Shown here in pieces: positions 58,294-64,000 of a DNA stretch of 64,000 nucleotides. The number at the start of each line of letters is the position of its first letter. The stretch's first letter is position 1. The stretch is from a virus. The stretch lies in IMG/VR virus record IMGVR_UViG_3300025684_000012; one strand, given 5' to 3'. The position numbers and the translations under genes were made by a program. Below the pieces are notes generated by a model. That model searched no databases and was not told where the DNA came from. It saw only the letters and a list, made by a program, of their open reading frames with translations.

Positions 58294-59001
58294 ATGGCAT
58301 TACCGATATTAAACTCGACACCGAGTTATGAAGTGACTATCCCTTCAACTGGACAGGCGGTAACATACCGTCCGTTTTTAGTGAAGGAACAAAAGAACTT
58401 ATTAATTGCGCTCGAGACGCAGGATCGTAAAGACTTGCTTAGAGCAATCACGCGGACTATTAGAGCGTGCGTTGAAGTTGATCTAGACGCTCACCTAACT
58501 ACATTTGACGTGGATTACTTGTTTACTATGATACGTTCCAAGTCTGTGGGCGAGACAATTGAGATTCAGTTACCGTGCTCTGAATGCAACGCGGACAACG
58601 TAACAAAGGTAGATCTTGAGGGAATAACTATTGCTAACCCAGTAGTAGATCCTACTGTACAACTGAGTCCAAGTATTACTATTAAAATGCGTTACCCAAC
58701 ATATGAAGAATTTTTGGATAATGATGCGTTGTCACAAGCAAAAACTCAAGCGGAAATTATTTTTGAGTTGATCTTGATCTGTATGGATTCTGTGCTTACT
58801 GACGAAGAGCGGATTGATTTGAAGGTTGAACCGAGAGAGGATGTTGTAGCGTTCATCGAGTCGATGACTACATCTCAATACGAGAAGATAGCATCATTCA
58901 TTAACGGTATACCATTTGTATACAAAGATATTGAATATACTTGTAGTAGCTGTGGCCATGAGAATGTGAGAACTTTAAAGGGGATGGATGATTTTTTTTA
59001 A
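58294..59001 (+). CDS. gp26: Baseplate hub assembly chaperone
   Basis: MALP....P.Y...IPSTG....YRPFLVKEQK.LL, RSKSVGE, two CxxC motifs, ends GMDDFF. Confidence 0.92.
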   Translation: MALPILNSTPSYEVTIPSTGQAVTYRPFLVKEQKNLLIALETQDRKDLLRAITRTIRACVEVDLDAHLTTFDVDYLFTMIRSKSVGETIEIQLPCSECNADNVTKVDLEGITIANPVVDPTVQLSPSITIKMRYPTYEEFLDNDALSQAKTQAEIIFELILICMDSVLTDEERIDLKVEPREDVVAFIESMTTSQYEKIASFINGIPFVYKDIEYTCSSCGHENVRTLKGMDDFF

Positions 59002-59183
59002 TCAACCTCTCCCATGATAACTTGGCCAATTATTATCAAGTTAATTTCCAGCTTATGAATAATTACAATTATTCGCTCGAGGAAGTTGAAATGATGATGC
59101 CTTGGGAGAGGGAGATCTATCTCACAATGTTGATAGAAGATATAAAAGAGCGAACCGAAAGGTCTAAACGAAAGGGTCAATGA
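59001..59183 (+). CDS. gp51: gp51-like hub assembly protein, probably made as a -1 frameshift extension of gp26
   Basis: Not in the ORF track; the -1 frame reads INLSHDNLANYYQVNFQLMNNYNYSLEEVEMMMPWEREIYLTMLIEDIKERTERSKRKGQ*. Confidence 0.8.
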   Translation: MNLSHDNLANYYQVNFQLMNNYNYSLEEVEMMMPWEREIYLTMLIEDIKERTERSKRKGQ

Positions 59184-59186
59184 TAA

Positions 59187-60737
59187 ATGACAATCGCAAC
59201 ACTAGTCGAGGAGATGAGGGAGTCTAATTATATTGCTGCTGAGAATAATCACATTATCGGCAATATACACGAACACCTTCAAAGTGAGTCCTTAAAGCAG
59301 GAGCAAAACAGACTCGACGACTTAGAAGCACGGCGCGACAGCACGGAGGGCTCCGCTTACGGAGGTAGTGCTGGCTCTGCGCCTGTAGCAGGTGCTAAGC
59401 CAGAAGGAAGTATGAAGAAAGCTCTGGCTGCTGGGGTTGCGGTTGGCGCCAAAGGCGTTGGAATGGGCGTTGGACTCGCTGCGCTCGGCTTTGGCATAGG
59501 TGGTTTCTTCACCGGTCTTGCAATGGGCGATAAGCTGCAGGCAATGATCGGTACCGACATGACAGCTACTAAACAAAATATGATCACCTTAGGGGAAGCG
59601 TTTGCTGAAACCCCAGATAAAGGTCTTTTGATCATGGCCGGTATTATGACTGGCGGTGGTGCTTTAGGTGCTCTGTTTGGTGTTAAAAGCGCGGCCAAAG
59701 CAGCAATCGGCATGACTGCAATGGGTGCTGGTCTAGGAGGTTTCTTCGCTGGTCTCGCTCTTGGCGATAAAGGTATGGGTCTCCTGAAGGTAGACGGGGA
59801 ACAAATCAAGAATATGATGATCGCGATGGGCACTGGCCTAAACGCGTTTGACGATAGCGCTCTGATAGCTCTGGGTGGCTTAGCTGCTATAGGTGCTGTA
59901 CTACCCCCCTCATCAGCTGTTAAGCTACCAGCATTCGGTATTGGCCTTGCTGGATTCTTCACCGCACTTGCTGGTATAGGGGACGCTGCAGCGTTGGTGG
60001 GTATCGACGGTGAGGGTATGACTACCATGATGGTCAACCTCGCCAAAGGATTAAACCCATTATCTGCTTTAGATGGTACCAATCTACTGAAAGTCGGTGG
60101 GTCGTTGATAGCTATCGGTGCTGGTATGGCGGCGGTGTTTGGAGTAGATTGGATCAAAGGTATCGGCGATTGGGTTGGGTCATTTTTTGGCAGAAGCGAC
60201 GATGATGATATCTTCAGTAAAACCGCACGTTCCCTGGCAAAGCTCAATGGAATTGATCTAGACTACAAAAACGTTGATGCTATGAATGTAGCTGGTGACG
60301 CGTTTAATAATCTAGCTACAGGAGTAATGAATTTAAACTCCGTTAACTTCGATGACTATGAAGATCAAATGCTTAGCTTTGCTAAGAGTACAGCAAAGAC
60401 CATATATCTAATGAATGCTATGTGGGAAGGGTCTAAGATAGGGTCGGGTTGGTTTGATGGGTTACCTGAGATGGACTTTGCTCCAGGGTTAAAGGTCGGC
60501 CATATAGAAGACGTTACATCTCAGCTTAAAGGTATTAGCCAGATTGCTGGAGTTCCTCAGAACACTGTTGGACAAACTATCACTAATCAAACAAGCCAAC
60601 TCAATAACATTTCTAGCATGGTGTCCCCCATAGTAATTAGCTCACCCAGCACAACAAACGTTAGTAACGGAACGATGGCAGTGTCTTGGGGTGGTGGCAT
60701 TTCAACTATGGACTCGTTCGATCAGGGTACTAGGTAA
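59187..60737 (+). CDS. Putative tape measure protein (gp29-like position)
   Basis: 516 aa of Gly/Ala-rich hydrophobic helical repeats (G.G.GGFF.GLA) directly after gp26/51. Confidence 0.65.
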   Translation: MTIATLVEEMRESNYIAAENNHIIGNIHEHLQSESLKQEQNRLDDLEARRDSTEGSAYGGSAGSAPVAGAKPEGSMKKALAAGVAVGAKGVGMGVGLAALGFGIGGFFTGLAMGDKLQAMIGTDMTATKQNMITLGEAFAETPDKGLLIMAGIMTGGGALGALFGVKSAAKAAIGMTAMGAGLGGFFAGLALGDKGMGLLKVDGEQIKNMMIAMGTGLNAFDDSALIALGGLAAIGAVLPPSSAVKLPAFGIGLAGFFTALAGIGDAAALVGIDGEGMTTMMVNLAKGLNPLSALDGTNLLKVGGSLIAIGAGMAAVFGVDWIKGIGDWVGSFFGRSDDDDIFSKTARSLAKLNGIDLDYKNVDAMNVAGDAFNNLATGVMNLNSVNFDDYEDQMLSFAKSTAKTIYLMNAMWEGSKIGSGWFDGLPEMDFAPGLKVGHIEDVTSQLKGISQIAGVPQNTVGQTITNQTSQLNNISSMVSPIVISSPSTTNVSNGTMAVSWGGGISTMDSFDQGTR

Positions 60738-60760
60738 AAAAAAGCCACCCGAAGGTGGCT
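60736..60760 (-). terminator. Intrinsic terminator with cUUCGg loop for gp32
   Basis: Minus strand AGCCACC-TTCG-GGTGGCT followed by a T tract, between convergent genes. Confidence 0.9.
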
Positions 60761-60787
60761 AAGGACATCTGTGGTGGACAGATCTGT

Positions 60788-61735
60788 TTAGTCTTGCTGG
60801 GCCATCTGAGCAAAGTATGACAGGGTGTCATCTTCATCAGCGACTGCCGCTACTGAAGCGGGTTCAGCAGATACGATGGTTGGTTCACTAGCTTCTTTAA
60901 TACTAGCTGTTCCGGCCGATTGAGCAAGTGCTTCATTTCTCAACGTAGCTCCAGTACCAGTAGCCATACCTAGAACAGTTTCTAGTCGCGACTTCAGCTC
61001 ATCATAGCTCTTAAACCATTTAGGATCATGTGCTCCTGGGAAATCTGGGGTAACGAATTCGTTTAGATCGTACATCGAATTGTAGGTAGATTCCAACCGC
61101 GCATCGTCACCATCGAACAATGCAGCTGGCGCTTTGAACCCTGACTTATCGTAATTGCGATAACCTTCAACCTTACGGATCTTCAATTCAAAGTCAGCGC
61201 CTTTCCAGAAGTCGAAAGGATTGACAGGAGTCTCTCCAGGGAATTCAGGCTGCATCATATCCATGATTTTATCAAAGATCTTCTTACCAAACTCATACAA
61301 CATAACTTTGCCGTTATTTGATGGGTTAGCTGGATCATTGACAACCAGAACGTTAGCGATATAGTGTAGTCTACGCTTCTGTCGACGTACCGTCTCTTTA
61401 TCTTCTTCGTTACCACTGTTCCACAACCGCGAGTTCATTTCGCCCAATGGGTCAGCTTGACCGATGGTGGTGAGTGAACGCTCAATGTACCATTGACCGG
61501 TTGGACCTTTGAAAGCGTGATCCCAGTAACGTACCCATGGTAGGTCTTGACCTTCACCTGCAGGCAAGAAACGTAACACAGCATAACCATTACCACTATC
61601 ATCGACAGTAGGCTTCCACTTTCGGTCATCTTGGTATTTGTTAGTATTTGTTTGAACGGCGCCTGACGCTTCCTGAGCAGCTGACACTAAAGAGTTGATG
61701 TCCATAGACTTGGACTTCAGATTTGCAAAAGACAT
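60788..61735 (-). CDS. gp32: Single-stranded DNA-binding protein
   Basis: DDRKWKP..D..GNGYAVLRFLP, H.FKGPTGQWYIE, FGKKIFDKI, NPFDFW.GADF.LK and acidic tail. Confidence 0.97.
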   Translation of the reverse strand: MSFANLKSKSMDINSLVSAAQEASGAVQTNTNKYQDDRKWKPTVDDSGNGYAVLRFLPAGEGQDLPWVRYWDHAFKGPTGQWYIERSLTTIGQADPLGEMNSRLWNSGNEEDKETVRRQKRRLHYIANVLVVNDPANPSNNGKVMLYEFGKKIFDKIMDMMQPEFPGETPVNPFDFWKGADFELKIRKVEGYRNYDKSGFKAPAALFDGDDARLESTYNSMYDLNEFVTPDFPGAHDPKWFKSYDELKSRLETVLGMATGTGATLRNEALAQSAGTASIKEASEPTIVSAEPASVAAVADEDDTLSYFAQMAQQD

Positions 61736-61809
61736 ATTGTAATAACCTCGTATTGTATGTACTTAAATATTTTTTGTATAACAGTTTTATTATAACGTAT
61801 ATTGACTTA

Positions 61810-62334
61810 TTAGTCAACTATATTTATATCATTGAACTTATGGAGTCCTAGCCAAGCAACCAAGACTTTTCTGGTGCCACATATAACCTGCTGTGCCTCA
61901 TGAACCAAGTCAGATTTAAATATGACCGTCTCACCTATATCTAGATTAATTGGATCACATCCATCAATGTGTAACGCACCACCTTCAAGATCATCCGATT
62001 TATCCAGCATAGTGACTGTAGACCAGATTCGATAGTCCTCTAAACGAGACTCGCGGAAAGTATCCTTATGAGGCTTAAAGTAGTCACCGGGCTGGTAGAT
62101 CAGGAAGTCAAACTGATTCACCGACGTACCGTCGTTTATATGGGTCTCAATAATATCCACAACCTCTGGGAACAGCCTAGGATCAATACGTACAGCCATA
62201 GTTTTACGCATTGAAGGATCATATAAGTCTTTACCCTTAGCCGTTACCCCAGTGCGATACAGTCGGGCCGTATCGCCATATTCAACAACCTCTTGAATAA
62301 GGTCTGGGGGTATTATTTTGACTACATCATACAT
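61810..62334 (-). CDS. 2OG-Fe(II) oxygenase (PKHD-type)
   Basis: Y.PGDYFKPHKD, LEGGAL, IF.S...HEA..V..GTRKVLVAW. Confidence 0.88.
   Translation of the reverse strand: MYDVVKIIPPDLIQEVVEYGDTARLYRTGVTAKGKDLYDPSMRKTMAVRIDPRLFPEVVDIIETHINDGTSVNQFDFLIYQPGDYFKPHKDTFRESRLEDYRIWSTVTMLDKSDDLEGGALHIDGCDPINLDIGETVIFKSDLVHEAQQVICGTRKVLVAWLGLHKFNDINIVD
61821..61828 (-). promoter_or_regulatory. Late promoter TATAAATA upstream of gp32
   Basis: Exact consensus inside the 3' end of the upstream gene. Confidence 0.6.
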
Positions 62335-62566
62335 CCAACGTATTCACTCTCGGTAGATAGTTTAAATGCCTTGCCTCTGCTTCTAGTTGACCGACTATTG
62401 AAGGAGTAAGAAACTTCTTAACATCCTCAATCTCCATACCATTTTTATCACATATGTGTACTATGGCATCCATATACGAAACGTGACGACTTTCTCTAAC
62501 TAAATTTTCAACCATTTTTGAAAAGGTTTTTTTAGTGAGAAAAACTTCTGCCTCATCCACAGCCAT
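62327..62566 (-). CDS. gp33: Late transcription coactivator
   Basis: FS..VE..V......SYMDAIVHIC..NG.EIE...K......LEAEA..LNYL; probable start is the ATG at 62566 (TGATG overlap). Confidence 0.9.
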   Translation of the reverse strand: MAVDEAEVFLTKKTFSKMVENLVRESRHVSYMDAIVHICDKNGMEIEDVKKFLTPSIVGQLEAEARHLNYLPRVNTLDV

Positions 62567-62829
62567 CAGTCTACCAGACTCATCGAAATTACATTGTCCA
62601 CTCTGAACGAACGCCATGCCTGCTTATCGATAGCAAATGCTCTGACTACAGCCTGATTAACCTTGACTTCACCATCAGTGCGAGCTCGTGCCACTTCAGA
62701 TTCTGGCAAGTACTCTGGTGACAGCGTACAAGGCATCACACGCGTTTCTCCGTCAACCTTGGTGAAGGTTACTTCATACACAGCAGACTTCAATTGTTCA
62801 ACTAGGGCATCAAAGGTGTATTTACTCAT
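62566..62829 (-). CDS. SH3/Sm-like (WYL_2-type) conserved phage protein
   Basis: VTFTKVDGETRVMPCTL...DKQAWRSFRVDNV. Confidence 0.75.
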   Translation of the reverse strand: MSKYTFDALVEQLKSAVYEVTFTKVDGETRVMPCTLSPEYLPESEVARARTDGEVKVNQAVVRAFAIDKQAWRSFRVDNVISMSLVD

Positions 62830-62844
62830 AGCATAATCTCCTAT

Positions 62845-63165
62845 TTAGAAACGGTCGAATTCGTCGTCGGTGGACGGGGAAGTATCAGCGTCGGCATGCA
62901 CATACTCTAAGAAAGAAGGACCGCCATCTAGAACGATGATAGTGGTTTCTAGCCCCTTGAGAATATCTTCCATATTACCGATAACTGTTGTATCTTTAGT
63001 CTCTTTCTGCTGCTCTTGAACGAACGCGTCTAGAGTTTCTAAATACACGATTCGAAGGAATTCGCGCGCAATCAATTCTACATCATTGCGTGGATATTTA
63101 CCCAAGTCAATCAGGTTTTCCATTTGTTGTTCAGCCATTATAAGTTTCCTCTTGATTGTTGGCAT
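62845..63165 (-). CDS. Hypothetical protein (true start may be 63138)
   Basis: ORF track; AGGA RBS before MAEQQ. Confidence 0.6.
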   Translation of the reverse strand: MPTIKRKLIMAEQQMENLIDLGKYPRNDVELIAREFLRIVYLETLDAFVQEQQKETKDTTVIGNMEDILKGLETTIIVLDGGPSFLEYVHADADTSPSTDDEFDRF

Positions 63166-63361
63166 TAATTACTTCAGAAAAGTAAGCGTTGATATAAGCA
63201 TCATTAGTCTCGTAGCTAACGGTGTTATTTCTAGTGTCTCTGTCCAGCTGTTCAACCTGCTTGGCGAGACGTTTGTTGGACTTCAGAACCTTACTGCGCT
63301 TTTGAATCTTGAGCGCAGCACGTCGAATCATAGCATACCGTTCAGCTTTACTAACATTCAT
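63131..63361 (-). CDS. Hypothetical basic protein
   Basis: ORF with a GGAG RBS, co-directional with its neighbours. Confidence 0.6.
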   Translation of the reverse strand: MNVSKAERYAMIRRAALKIQKRSKVLKSNKRLAKQVEQLDRDTRNNTVSYETNDAYINAYFSEVINANNQEETYNG

Positions 63362-63395
63362 ATATTATACTCCAAGGATTAGTTAAGGTAAAGAG

Positions 63396-63638
63396 TTATT
63401 TGATAAAATCGATGATCAAATCTAAAACGAATATGAAACCGGCAAATGCAACCGTACCAACCAAACTGACCATATGAGTTCTACGGAATATGTTGAAGTA
63501 CGACATACGACTAGTATCTTCTAAGTGGTTGTGCAAATACTCAGCTCTTGTTTTGTAGGATACAAACAAATCAATAGCAAGAAATGTAACATAGCAACTG
63601 AGAAGCAACACTACCACATTAAACATAGTACTCTCCAT
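63396..63638 (-). CDS. Hypothetical membrane protein with two hydrophobic segments
   Basis: Two ~20-aa hydrophobic stretches. Confidence 0.55.
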   Translation of the reverse strand: MESTMFNVVVLLLSCYVTFLAIDLFVSYKTRAEYLHNHLEDTSRMSYFNIFRRTHMVSLVGTVAFAGFIFVLDLIIDFIK

Positions 63639-63768
63639 TCTTCTTCGCCTCTTTTTTTCTATCTATGTGGGTCGCTGGACGGGTGAGCTTATCCATATTC
63701 TTCTTAACTGGATCGGTCGCCCCAACACGGTTAACACGGCGCAGGTACTTCAAATTCCTTATTCGCAT
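63619..63768 (-). CDS. Small basic hypothetical protein (49 aa)
   Basis: Read by hand: MRIRNLKYLRRVNRVGATDPVKKNMDKLTRPATHIDRKKEAKKNGEYYV; AAGGAG RBS and a promoter upstream. Confidence 0.6.
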   Translation of the reverse strand: MRIRNLKYLRRVNRVGATDPVKKNMDKLTRPATHIDRKKEAKKNGEYYV

Positions 63769-63798
63769 GTGATAACATCTCCTTCACAATTAACGACC

Positions 63799-63827
63799 AT
63801 TATACTACACTCTGCAACACAAGACAA
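63799..63827 (-). promoter_or_regulatory. Sigma70-like early promoter
   Basis: Minus strand TTGTCT-17 nt-TATAAT. Confidence 0.7.
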
Positions 63828-63831
63828 CAGA

Positions 63832-64000
63832 TCAACCCAATATATCTGAAAAAACCTTGAGCTTCTCGCGCTTCTGCTGACCGTACTCCTCAATGTCAGT
63901 GAACGATATTAGGTCATACTCTTGACAAATATCTATCATGCATTGCAAATCACCGATCTCTTCCGCTAGTCGTCTCATGAGACGTGGTTCGTGACCAAAA
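63832..64000 (-). CDS. MazG-like nucleotide pyrophosphohydrolase, C-terminal part only
   Basis: Read by hand: FG......RRLAEEIGDLQCMIDI...KREKLK.FS. Confidence 0.65.
   Translation of the reverse strand, partial: FGHEPRLMRRLAEEIGDLQCMIDICQEYDLISFTDIEEYGQQKREKLKVFSDILG

Noticed and set aside
59357-60247. 296-aa minus-strand ORF
   Set aside because: Antisense shadow of the Gly/Ala-rich tape measure gene.
1-64000. tRNA or rRNA genes
   Set aside because: Intergenic gaps are short and AT-rich, and no cloverleaf or T-loop motif was noticed by eye; tRNAscan was not run.

Overview
This window is the virion morphogenesis region of a T4-like myophage, probably aquatic. The minus strand runs, in transcription order, gp48-gp53-hub-gp5-gp25-gp6-gp7, a fibre block containing gp8, then gp13-15, gp16/17, gp18/19, gp20, core proteins, gp21/22/23. 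A short plus-strand block carries gp4, gp2, gp54, gp26/51 and the tape measure; gp32, gp33 and early-type genes lie at the right end. TATAAATA late promoters and cUUCGg terminators fit the T4 assignment. The main unexplained signal is a family of Tyr/Arg/Gly-rich segments that are self-complementary at the amino-acid level. In the 1189-aa ORF (27797-31366), two ~455-residue arms mirror each other about a Pro-rich turn in one fixed antiparallel register (Y/F opposite R; G opposite R or an aromatic). The same pairing code appears as a small hairpin inserted in the DUF4815-like protein and as a hairpin split across two adjacent genes. Other observations: an over-represented Asp-Ser-Asp motif in virion proteins alongside phage glycosyltransferases and 2OG-Fe(II) oxygenases, a probable -1 frameshift joining gp26 and gp51, and an RBS-occluding hairpin with a late promoter in its loop. 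All assignments come from motif and synteny recognition by eye; no database searches were run.
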